Assembly (NCBI GenBank): GCA_000708835.1
Contig: DF237444.1
Span: 1 to 64,000 of the forward strand
From: Klebsormidium nitens
Taxonomy: Eukaryota > Plantae > Klebsormidiophyceae
Direction of reading: 5' to 3'
DNA length: 64,000 nucleotides
Part shown: one piece after another, positions 34,201 through 45,400 of the stretch
Numbering within the stretch: the first letter of the stretch is position 1
Layout of the letters: each line of letters begins with the position of its first letter
Program-made: the position numbers and the translations under genes
Notes under the pieces: generated by a model
Seen by the model: only the letters and a program-made list of their open reading frames with translations
Told to the model about the DNA's origin: nothing
Database searches by the model: none

Positions 34201-36953
34201 ACAGCCGGTGAACAAACACTTCTTCGCACCACATACATTCGCTTAGATCCAAGTCTTGGCGGACATGAATTTGGTACCCCGACGAGGATTTCAGCGTATC
34301 TGCGACAAGATGTGTGCCGTGAGGTCTGCGCATACACGTAGTCTCGACAGCCAGCTTACTTCTGCTGAAGCGCTCCACCTCCTCAGCACTGACACAGTGC
34401 GCCTCGATGACTCGTCCATCTGGGCAAGAAGAGAAGAAGCTTGAGCCTTCATCACGAACTTGAAACAAAAGCATATCGAAATGTTGAAGTGCTGCAGCAG
34501 TTGTGACTGAGCAACGAAGCTGGAACAATTTCAGATTCTGTCCCGTCTTCCTTACCAACAAGCACGGAGGGTCTTCGCAATCGTGCTTCACGTCCAGCGA
34601 GACGCCTCGAATCCGAATCTCCTGCATCGGAAACAGATTACATTAGCTCGCGACTCTGGCTCTCATGTGCTGGCGCGTAATGCTGCCAGCATAGGGAAAA
34701 TACCTGATCTGCATTCTAAACGCCTCCCTGGAACGACGCTTCTGAAGTCCCGAGACAATGCTGAAGGCATGCAGTTGCATTCTGTTTGATGCTACGATAA
34801 TCAATCAAATGGTCAACTATCGCCCCTCGCCAGGGTGGCAGCCACTCACCTTCTTGACCAGCTTCCTGCAATTGGGGACTTCCTCCCCGGTCTTAGCTTC
34901 AACCATCCTCAGAGAGTCGACAGAGAAGTGCAGCTCCGCATGTGGATCCTGACACACAAGAGGACATCGTCAGGAACTGCCCTTTCGACTTCAAGTGGAA
35001 CCCAATTAAAGAACGAGACGATGGAGACGCCTTCAGTAACTGTCAATGAGAGAAAGAAAATCGAGGCAGGGATTCGCAGCAAGGGAAGGCAGGGAATCCG
35101 GCTTGACATTTTGGTCGGCTACCAGCGCTGATCGGACTTTTCAACGACACCATTGAACCAACTTTATTGAAGATAGGGCGTGAGACGTACCCCGACTTTG
35201 CTGTCGTTCTGGTAGGACGCTGAGACCCTTTCAACGGATAGTTCGAGCTTGGTTAGGAGGATGCGGGCAGCAGGGAGCAGAACACTCCATAGGAGGTGCT
35301 CAACAACGCCTGCACCAGACATGGCAGGTTCATTGTTCCTGTGGCGGCTTGCTTCTCAAAAGAGGAACGAAACAAAACCACGTAATCCTCCCGAAAGTAG
35401 AGGCGACAATTGCAATGCGACTGAGGCAAAGTCCCACCATGAGTATTGATGATCTTAGCCATTGCGCTAGAGACGTTGAGGACAGGAAGTACCTTCTTTT
35501 CGGCTTGGTAAGTCTTGTTTCCACAGGACGGCCTCGACGGCGTCAAGGTACGCCAGCTTCAGGAGCTCCTTCTTTCTGAAGAGACGAGCGTCCAGGTCCG
35601 CAGCGGTGACAGGCTGCAGGACGAACATGCTGCTTGGGTTAAGCTGTGAACACTGCAGATCTCAACGGGGAAGGAGTATCTTGCTGGACAACAGTTTGTG
35701 CCAGATGCAACCTCTGAACATTCTTTTGGCACTCACAGGAGCTGTTCAAGGTGTCAAACGGGGGCTATGAGAACAGCAAGTTTTCGGTCCAACAGGACTC
35801 TTAAAGAAAGACAGAAGTCTAACAAGGGAAACAATCATAAATGGCCCAGTACAAATAGCAGCTGAACGAGCAACCAATGGGGCATTTCTTGCGATTGGAC
35901 AGAGCATCAGGACCGCCACAAATGCATCTTCGAAGTTGGCAGATGCTCACCTCGGGAAAGACTCGTGGATGGGCTTCGAGCCGGACGTCTGAGATCTCGA
36001 TCCCAACAACGTCCAACCGGCACCTTCTCCAGTGTAGAGCGATACGGAAAGAGCCAACCGAAGCTGCCAACGCAAGGCCAGCAGAAATTTAACAACTCAG
36101 ATCTGGGAGCAAGTTATCCTTACAAGTCCGTGCCACTGTCACTGCCCACAGCATCAATGACAGGAGCACAAAACGTGACTGGAGAGCATCAAATTGTCCT
36201 GAGATCTGATTTGTTCAGTTGATCGAGACCAAAGGAGATGGGCAAAATACGAAGCAACATTGTCAGTGATCAATTTACCTTGCTTCGTTAGCATGGGCAG
36301 GTCCAGTTGGTCCATGATCCTTGGCGATATGTGCATGTCGGTCACCAGGATGTAACCTAAACATGACAATTAGCCCAAAATCACTCAGTATGGTTCGCAT
36401 CACAATCATTTGCAGGAAGGCGGTAGCCATAAGCCTGAATTGTCTGTCACGGCAATCCACCGCTTTCCAGATGTTTGTAAGCCATTGGGACGAAGAGGAT
36501 GCTGAGGTAAAATGCGCAAATTTCCCACAATCAGGCAATTGATCAGTTCACACCAACCACAGTGGCCGACTTACCCCTCCATATTGAGCTCCTGACTTGA
36601 TCCTTCTTGATTGTGCCAGTATATCTTTTGAGGGCAATGGAAAGAAGCCCAGCCAGTATCCGGTCTCCAATTAACAGAATAAGTACAAGGGCTGCTAGAC
36701 ACAACCCCAGGAGCATATACTGCTGCCCAGAGACGCGCCAACTAGAGCGGCGCCAGCAAGCAACCCAACCAGTGTATTCTTCCTGTGCCGGACGCTCAAA
36801 CGCAATGCTGTTGATCAACTTCGTCAGTGCAACGGTGATCATATCTTGGACACCTGCAACCGAGGCAACAGCCCGGGCAACAAGTGATGCCAAGGCGTCC
36901 GAAGACATGTTGGCATCAAGCATCTCCATAGATTGGGTCATTATTGCCTGCAT
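3204..36953 (-). CDS. VPS13: VPS13-family bridge-like lipid transfer protein, multi-exon (dozens of exons, several thousand aa). Start codon uncertain (in-frame ATGs include 36953, 36842 and 36716).
   Basis: Spliced exons give Chorein_N (LLSIALKRY..KDQVRSSIWRG|YILVTDMHISPRIMDQLDLPM..|SVGSFRIALHW), the VPS13 N-region motif (YQEFRGPRPQ..MLWWQHAG..RRRYVELY), VAB/SHR-BD repeats (FRPPLVLENALPY; TKIITITPRFVLMNKSG; WSGSFEIDKAG; PYRVENR), VPS13_C (VNLAGVGLSVVD..REIARVTL..QVDNQL; FERFCIRPVRVNVDF), ATG2_C-like glycine-rich helices (GSLDLLGSPVSLVHSLGTGVLDFFTEP; GLVGAVTKPLSG) and a PH-like end. The junctions I checked are GT-AG and phase-compatible. Confidence 0.95.
9140..10835 (-). CDS. VPS13: Two tandem C2 domains inside VPS13, separated by a short coiled coil
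   Basis: C2-1: LVVRLVSAEGL..NPYCVVEV..TTQPQWNEELAF..VFLGE|VYLPL..WYTL..SGRIRL. C2-2: LAVKVVEARHL..DAYVVV..RTAVVHDSYFPVWNEAFVF..|VFVGEVNVPV..WLTL..TGDLRLRLHW. Both carry the P-x-W-N-E-x-F hallmark. Confidence 0.88.
13733..19110 (-). CDS. VPS13: VPS13 adaptor-binding (VAB / SHR-BD) repeat exons
   Basis: Motifs WAPVNDVVVDKVG, PPLVLENALPYE, VIFSKYWIMNRTNL, WSKNIPIDSVG, ITPRFVLMNKSG, IRVRNAGT|REYSIFVIDVSL and KIYVNVYADGATRVLSFSD. Confidence 0.85.
35951..36650 (-). CDS. VPS13: VPS13 Chorein_N exons (N-terminal cap of the lipid groove)
   Basis: Three exons join in phase (..TGG AGG G|gtaagt; ttag|GT TAC..CAA G|gtaaat; gcag|CT TCG GTT GGC..CCC GAG|gtgagc) and give the Chorein_N pattern. Confidence 0.9.
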
Positions 36954-37555
36954 TGCTTGCAAGAATTGACACCATTTCTTCCTGTGCTACCCCAGTCCTG
37001 CCCCAACGACTTGAATGATTCCATGCACTGCATGTTGCCTTCTTGCCAGAAACCGTCAAGGTGCCGGAAGGTGTGCGGCATTAAGTAAATCGGCTTGATG
37101 GCGTTCATCAACGATCTACCACCTCGAAAGATGGAAACCATCGTCTTTCAATTGCACCTTCAGTGCATGGGCACTCGAGTGACCCCGCCCATCTGTAGGA
37201 TAGGTACACGACGCGCCATGGCGCCTCCGCCTAGCAGCTTCCGATCGTCATCGAATGCCAGCATGTGTCTTGTCTTGGCGGTAGCCGGTGTCCATCCCCG
37301 GTCTGGACAACAGGCGGGACGGCTAGAAAACCATCACATCGAGTGATTTATGTCAAGCTTCTGAGACCATCAAGATCATCCTTTTCAAGACGACCGTCAA
37401 AGAACCGTCAACTCAGAAGCCCCCCGGCCGCCGCCACAACAACAGTATTGTTCCGGGCCAGACAGGAGGGCACTCCCTCCCAAACGCACACGTTGGATGC
37501 CAACAAGCAGGGTGCGCATGCGCGCGCGGGCTGGACACCAAACCCCTGCAGCATG

Positions 37556-38271
37556 CAACCCAGACTCACGGTCCGTATTGAGAAAACCCCTCGTAAAGCC
37601 ATTTTGGTTTTACGAGCAAATCGTTCGATGTCCGTAGATCCGTATTGGACAAATTTATTGTTTTCGCTGGGGCCGTATTGGAGGATTTGCTCGATGCGGA
37701 GAATGCCCTATCGAGCGATTTGCTCGATTTTTGGACCGAGGCGCCTAGATCTCCGGTACTTTCAGGGGTCGGTCCGGACGATCTCCGCCGTCGAACCAGG
37801 TGACCGCCGCGACCCACAACATCGGTCCACACGACCGCCTGGATCGCGGTACATAAAGGACGGTACCCCTATGGGTGGATGGTCGGGGCGGCGGGCGGCT
37901 GCAACTCCCCAGGGACACCGGACCCTTCCACCTCTAGACTAGTAGTTTGGGGACCGTGGCACCCGAGAAGCAACCGGGCCCTCCCTGTGACATTAGGGTC
38001 TCGCGGGCAACCGGCGAACAACCGGGCAACTCCATAGGGCAACCGGGCCTTCCCGCCTTAGGGTTACACCACTGCGAGTGACAACCGGGCAAGTACTTTT
38101 TCTTTTAGTGTGTGCCCGGGGCTTTCCAAAAATCAAGACTTTTTCCCAATAGGCGCTACCAGAAAACGAGCAATTTGATCGATACCCGGCCGGCCGTATC
38201 GAGCAATATGTTCAATATGCTTCCGATGGCTTTACGAGAGGTTTTCTCGATACGGCCGTGAGTCTGGGTTG
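37556..38271. mobile_element. Non-autonomous TIR element (MITE-like, ~716 bp) with ~47-bp TIRs and a 7-bp (or 8-bp) target-site duplication
   Basis: Left arm CAACCCAGACTCACGGTCCGTATTGAGAAAACCCCTCGTAAAGCCAT (37556-37602) matches the reverse complement of 38226-38271 with 2 substitutions and 1 indel. CAGCATG flanks both sides (37549-37555, 38272-38278). Five internal CAACCGG(G)C repeats lie at 37971-38090. Confidence 0.85.
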
Positions 38272-38542
38272 CAGCATGAGATTCTCGAGATTGAAGGTGT
38301 TCAAAGCGCGGCACAGAATGAAGCTCTCGAGTGGTTCCAACAGCTGTTCTCTTCAAGTTTAACACTGACAGGGCCAGTCGTTTTCTTATCAGTGAACTCA
38401 CCACCATTTTGATGTGGCAAGCCCTTCTGAATCCCGCCGAAGCATGTGGTGTCGCTCATGCACTTGGGCTTGGTGAGCGCTGCTGCTAATTAACGTTGTT
38501 ATTCAAGTTGTGTGTTAAGGGCCAGGCTTCAATCTGTGGACA

Positions 38543-40910
38543 ATGATGCTCCGCTACAGTTGTCGGAATCTTTTGCAGAGGAGCACTGTAGAGGGCACAG
38601 CAGCGGTCAGCTGGTTGGCGTCCCGATTCCATGTGAGTGCATTCGCCGCCGAACCATCCGACACGAACGGGCCTTCCACCTCCGGCGCCACTTCTGCAGA
38701 ACGACTATTTGGTGTCGCCCTCTTGGAAAGGTTGCCCATCATCGTGCCTGATCCGCCCAAATGGCAGAGCGACTACGAGGACGCAAAGTGAGTGCTGCTC
38801 ATCAAGACCTGTTTCCTGCAATGTGCTGGGCAGAGATTTGCTTCTCACGGTCACACGTCATAAGCTGCACTCCATGCTGCCACCGCTCAGATGGTTCCAT
38901 TTGAGGTGCAATGCTGTTTGCCGTCAGCATTTCTGGTAATGGTCCTTTGCCTTCTACTGTTCAATGCTGTGACAGCTGCTTTCCGGTTGCAATTATCTCC
39001 AGACAACTTAAAGGATTTCGTTTGAGACAAACATGCCCATCCTATTTGCAGGTTTGAGCGAGATCAGAAGCTCCGGAGGGCCTACCCCCCTGAATTCTTT
39101 GCAGGGTTCGATGGCCAGTAAGTTTTAGGCTGCTTTCTGCTATTACGGAAGGATCAGGGTCAAAGACGATTCTATCTGATATAGCACGTGGCACAAGCGA
39201 CCTGCTCTTGCTCAGGTATTGGGAGCGTGCAAAGGTGCGGGGATCAGTTGCCTGAACGGCTAATATCAAAAGAACACAGCTTCTGCTGTCTGCACCTGCT
39301 TGTTGCGAATGCTTTCTCCTTCCCTTAGAAACCAACTGAGAGCTGATGTTTGGCGAGCTTTTGTCCGTCCCAGATCTAGCGAAGGAGCTCGCGGTGCCGA
39401 AGTTGACATTGAACCAGCGCCCCGAATCACTGAAGATGACAAGACTGGGAATGTCAAGTAAGGATTCAGGTGGAGTTGGTTTTTTGCATTCCATTCTGCT
39501 TGTTTACTCTGCATCCAATACTTGCGGCTTGGGCCTCTAAGTCTCCAAAATCGCTGCCTTGCGTTATTCGTGTTTCAGAATCACCTCGACTTGTTTTATT
39601 GGAGCCAAAGGTTTTTGTAAAGTAGAACCGCCGCTTTCCGTGACCACCTGACAACGTTTTCATTCACGATTCCGGCTGTCTCCTGTTGGCAGATCCCTCA
39701 ACCGAGCGCTTGACCGGCGACTCTACCTCATGGTTCAAGGTCGAGAGGAGTGGACGGATGATCCGTCACCTGTTTGGCACTTCCCTCTTGTTGGGTACCA
39801 AGACGGAGAGACCATGCGGAAGGTGAGGAAGGGCCGCGGTCCTGGAGTTTGTGTCCAGCCGCGCAGCCGATGGTTCCGCAACTTGGTCGAGGCACGATTC
39901 TTTATTGGCTCGCTGCGAGCGTCAGCCAGTCCGTGGATTTTGATGCCTTGTTTCGCCTAGCCCGACGTGGGGAAGCAAGTCCACTCTTCAAGAGGGCTTC
40001 TACGCCTCGTCATCACCCGGCCACTTGTAGCAGGGCCAAGTGCTCGTGTACAAATGCTGATACCAATCTGTTGATGACACGATACTTGAAAGCTAGGCTC
40101 TGATGTGGCTATTTGCGTCCGGTGATCCAGGTTGCAGGACGACATCTTGGAAATCGTGTGGCTTGTCTCGAGTGTAGTCAACACTAACCTCTGCTTTCTT
40201 GTCTCTTCTGGTGTGCAATTTGATTGACCCTGGAGGTCTCGACTTTCCCAACGGAATCTGCGAGCTGCACACCAGCTTATCTTTGCAGCCGAAGTCAACT
40301 ATAGCTGACTGACGGCGCTGCTTGTTATTTGGCCGCAGTGTGCAGAGCGCAGTCTGCGAGGGCTGAGAGGTCCTGACATGAAGACCTACACCGTAGGCAA
40401 CGCCCCGTGTGGGCATGCCGTTTTCTCCCCTACTACCACCACTCCATCAGCAACGCCGCTTGCTAAGGTGAGCTTGATGATCTGCATCTGTGCACGGGCC
40501 TCCTCTTGCAGGGCACATTCACATCTTTTTCTGTTGTTTTAAGGCCAATGGTCCTAAGTTTATGGCTTTCATAGCCCGCTTGGGCAGTGCATATAGATCC
40601 CAGTCTGTATTGGCAAACATTTTGGCTGGCAGTGACCTTGGCCGTGCTGCGAGTCGTCTCGGATATTCAACGACAGTGGCATCACGTTGGTTGTTTCGAC
40701 TTCCATCCATGTGGTCTTTAGCTGTAGATTGCTCTTAAGGCTATCGATTCGTTCCTGCAGCTCTTCTACTATCGAATCCAACTTCTCGAGGGGGATGTCA
40801 AGCTCGGAGATCAGAGATTACGAGATCATGCTTGGCTCACAAAGTCGGAGATCATCGAACGAACGAATAGTAGCTTGCGAGAACTGCTCGAGAAGATGCT
40901 TGTCGGGTAA
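38543..40910 (+). CDS. MRPL46: Mitochondrial ribosomal protein L46 (Nudix-like fold), 6 exons
   Basis: Exons 38543-38787, 39052-39117, ~39374-39455, ~39693-39822, 40339-40467 and 40761-40910 give ..LFGVALLERLPIIVPDPPKW..PAPRITEDDKTGNVKSLNRALDRRLYLMV..WHFP..GETMRKCAER..TYTVGNAPCGH..LFYYRIQLLEGDV..DHAWLTKSEI..*. The N-terminus resembles a mitochondrial presequence. Confidence 0.92.
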
Positions 40911-42483
40911 GATTGGAGGTCTGAGTGCCTCAAGCTGGTTGAATGACATGCTGGATCATACAGCCGCCGTTTTGTGTCCTCACGAGGTGGACCACTAGCG
41001 TTCATCCTGGCCCGGAAACCTCCTCCAAAGTTGCCCGAATAGCTCTTACACCTTGCAATTGTATCGTCACTACTGGGCATACTCTCTAAGGTATCCGTGC
41101 GGGTAAATTGCCCCACCACTCATCTTACTGGTTTCGTGGTTTCCTACTAAACGTGTGCTCAGCAACCATGCTTTAGAACGTCAGACCTTGCCATGGCCCA
41201 AAATGCGTGTCACGCTGGTATCTAGACCCGATTGGGTGGGCTTTAAGCAATGCTGATTTGGATGTCGCGCATGTTTCAGCTTATCGGATGTAGACGTCAG
41301 GTTTCGTGTGCCAATCATCTTCAATTAGCTGGCACGCTTCTTGCCGGTCATTATGCAGAAGTCATGCTGTCCTGCATCACATGAAGTCAGCTTGAAAATG
41401 ATGAATTGAAGTAAGATTGTACGCATGCTCAATGCGCATTAAAGCACGTGCATGATCTACCTTGAAATAGAACAGCGATCCGGAAAGCTCCGACGAGTAT
41501 ACTCGAGGCCAGGCGAAAACCCTGGGCAGTGCGTTGAAGTTTGAACTTTGGACCATTCCGTTACACGCCCTTCGAGGCACGTTCAAAGAGGGCATTGGAT
41601 CCTACGTGGCTGTCGCGGCGTCCTTAACGCAGTAATTGCACCTTTAACGTCGCTGCTAAAATTTAGCACGTGTGGATCGCGGCGACAGAAACAGCCGTAT
41701 ACGGTGACGGTATCCCTGGTTGTTGGTCGCTAAACTCAAATGCGTCCGTATATATACGTACGCCCTCCACAAGCGGACGCCAGCAAGGAAGGGGGCCGGA
41801 TTAGCACATGCCTCAGTAGTAGCTCTCTAGTCTCTAGATAGCTCGAGCTCTTCATGTCCGTGGCACTGGAAGTGGAAACTTGGGGGTGGTGCAAGCCGCG
41901 CCGCTGTGTTTCCTGCCCTTCATCTAAGTTCTGATGGTACCTACTATGCTGTCCCGGCTCTTCACGGGAAAATTAAAAACACCAAGAGGGTTCCTTGACA
42001 CCAAGACGGTCCAAGTCGGAAAAGGGATTGTGTAAGAGGTCTCTGACGTCACTAACCATACGGTCCGGAAAAATATAAAAGACGTCACTTTAGAATTGAC
42101 TAGAATACTCCATACATTTCCCGCTTATACTTTAGAACTTTCCTGATTTAACCAGAAGCTTAACGACGGTTGTAGACTAGAAGTGGACCTTCGTGCCAGG
42201 CTCCGTGTTTCAAGCACACCGAGTCACGACACCGGCCTCAGTTTTTCCGAGCCGATCCAACTTTCTTTCCTAATTTCCAGCTTTTTCTTTTCGGGATTTC
42301 TAGTGGCAAAAGGCGCCCAGGGTCGACGGGCACGGTCAAGGAGGTGACGTCAGCAGCTTGCTGACCTAATATTTGGAATTAGACATTGTGTTACTATGTA
42401 CAGGTAGAATCGACTAGTGCCATACCCAGTAAAACTTAAAAGTAGGTGGCGGTGTGGTGCTGGTGAACATTGATTCTGCAAAC

Positions 42484-45400
42484 ATGGAGACAATGGATCG
42501 GGAGAGAGCAGACAGAAAGCGGCAGGCAGAACTTCCCGCACGATTGCAGGTACTCCTTTGTTGCCTTGCCTAATCAAGCGGTCACTTGAATTACGACAAG
42601 CTGTGTGATCCCGAGTGACTGCTTGCTGTGGGACAGAAGGAAAGCCTGCCAATGCAACCCGTTGAAGTACATTTGTTTGCAAGGTGGCATGGCCTGGGCA
42701 GGTGCTTCACCATCTCGCTTTCGGAGGATGTCATATGGCATTCAACACCTCAACTGAGTAAGCTGAAGACTATTGACAGTGCCTCTGCTTCTGCTTGCTC
42801 CTTCCAGGAGTCCGTGCTCGTACGCCTGAATGATGGGGCTCCCATTGCCGACATAGCCCAAGTGGTGGTTGACATGGCGGATGTCAAGGCACCACTCAAA
42901 GATGTGAGTGACTTTACATCGACGCACATTGATACAGCACCGTCTTTTTTTCAGTTGATTTGATAGGAAGATTCTCCAACGGAAGGTTCTCCAAGGAGCA
43001 AGCAACTGCTCTCCCTCCAATCTGTGTATCTCTTGCAAGATGTAAAGCGTTGTTTAATTGGTGCAGGACGAGGAGTCCCGCTCAGAAGCCGCCAAGAGGG
43101 ACCACATTCTGGACATATTTGCCAGGACCACTCTGCTGTCACTCGTGGTAAGGTTGATGTCTCTGTCATCCCTTCCTCATGCTTCACATAAACAGCAAGA
43201 GCATCATCTTTAATGCTGAGATGCATTCTTCTCATCGCCCATCTTCTTATTACCCTCCGATCCTGACATCATTGCTTCTATTCTTAAAGCAGGAACAGGC
43301 GCGCCATGATGGGGAACCTGTGATGACCTGGCAGGGGGCCAAGATCCAGCGGTTTCTTGGTAAGCGCCCTTGGGCTGGCAAGAAGCGAGAAGCTCAATGA
43401 TCCTGCTGCAATCTCTGCTGCTGCACCGCTTCGAAGAGACCTGAGCCGCATGGCCTTTGTATCGTAGCTAGTTAGAGAGGTCTCTGGCTCACCTAGGTTG
43501 CGCCTGAGGAAACACGCCTTACTCCTGTGCAGACGTTGTTTCGGCGGTTTCGTTCCCACCTGGTGCCAGGCCTCGTGTAGACCCCGGCGTCATGCTGGCG
43601 GTGCTGGAGGACCTCATGGACATGGTCACTGTGCCGGAGTGCCAACAGGTGGGCGCCAGGCAAAGCTCAAACCTGAATAAACGTGCTAAAGCCCCAACCT
43701 TTCTAATAGACTGGAGATTCGAATAAGCGGATGGTCTCGCACCTGGAAGATTGCAGATCAAGCCAAGGGGGGCGCTTGTCACAAAACTGCGAGGTGTGGC
43801 AGTCTGCCCCTGACGCATGCGTCTAGAAGACTGCTGAGCTTGCAGCTATTGTCAACCGAAGCTTGGGCTGCCACGGTGAGGCCTTCCATCCACTTTCTGA
43901 CTTAAACTTCCCTGCAGGTGTTCTCCAATATTGAGAGGGAGCGGGATAACCTTGTCAAGGTGGGCCCTGCTGCCAACTTTCGTTGGTGCGACCCCCATCT
44001 GCAAGGTCACTTCTGCCACTGATGCTCGAGCCGCTGCTCAAACCGCTTAAACCTTATCTCATTCAACCCCTTAATCCCTGCAGGCTAAGACTAACCTGGC
44101 CCTGCTGCGCACTTTCAAGAAGCTGCTCAAGCGCCTCTCCAAGGTAGGCGGGCTAGCACCCCCAGTACCACATACATCGAGCCTGCCTCGCCTGTCTGGA
44201 CCATGAATGCTTGCCGTCATGCCAGCTGTCTAGCGCCACTTCGTGCTGCCCGTGGGGATGTGTGCACTCTTCACGTACCTGGCTGTGCGTCTGCGGTGCA
44301 GACCCAGGACACGGTGTTCAGCGGGCGCATCCTCATGTTCATGGCCACCATCTGGTCCCTCTCAGAGCGCTCAGGTACGGCGGCTGGGCATCTCAAAGAA
44401 TTGCTCTCCTCCGCATCTATATTGCAGCAACTTCAAGCTGTAGCCGTGACTGTCTACTGTGCATCCTTTCAAGGGACAGCTTTTAGTGATCAGCCCTCTG
44501 TGCGCTGACCTCACTGTCGACATCCATTTTTGGCAGCCTCTACTAATTTTAGAGACATGCATGTCTATTGTGCTTTCACGAGACAGCATTCATGGACGAC
44601 ATTCTGCGTAAGCTGACTTCAAGTCTGTGTCCAGCGTCCAACCACCTGGGTACCTTCAACACGGCCGCTGAGGTGGGCTACAGCCAGGACGCCGACATGC
44701 CTGCTGACGGTGAGCCCAAGAACTGCATTCAAATTCAGCGCGCTCAATAGCATCTCCGCTGCACGCACCGTCTGCTTTCCTTTTCGTTGTGGGAGAGTAT
44801 GTTGATCTCATTTGTTTACGAGCTGGGGCTCATGATCCTCTCGTGTTTTATGCAGGCTCGAAAGTCGACAAGGCCTTCTACCAGACCTTCTGGAGCCTGC
44901 AGGTACGTGGCAGTCCTAGTCCCTCGGCGTCGTTGGTGTATGCATCTCAGGACAAACGCCTTACTCGTCGCATGGATTGTGGTCTAAGTTGGCGCTCTGC
45001 TTACCGGCCCTTACTCGTGGTCCGTAGGAACACTTCCGCCACCCCGCCCCGCTCGCCACCAACGCCACCCTGTCCAAGTTCCTCGACGCGCTGCAGGTGA
45101 GCACCAGCCACCCCCAGGTTTACAAGTTTCGATGCACTTCTGGGAGCTCCTCAGGCAGCTAGGTAGAGTACGCCTTCTCCGCTTCTGACGACAACGTTAT
45201 GCATGCCTACACTGCAGATCTGCCCCGTCGAGAGTGCTCTCAGACTCAGGTTTTCTAGCATGGTTGGATCCAGGTGGTGTTGACCTACTTCAGCGATAAT
45301 GCGGCGGGCGGCACTGGCCGGGGCCCAGCACAAGCGGAGTATGACACCACGTACCTAACCAGCCCCAAGCTGCTCAGCCTGCAGGTAAAGGGGCCCTTCG

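Noticed and set aside
40093-41119. Minus-strand ORFs (40093-40416, 40569-40781, 40826-41119) as a separate gene
   Set aside because: They overlap the last two MRPL46 exons in antisense and show no recognisable domain.
41377-41733. Short ORFs between MRPL46 and THOC1
   Set aside because: No homology cues, weak codon bias and no coherent exon chain.
42044-42090. TGACGTCA / GACGTCAC bZIP-type boxes upstream of THOC1
   Set aside because: Short motifs expected by chance in promoter DNA; function cannot be supported from sequence alone.
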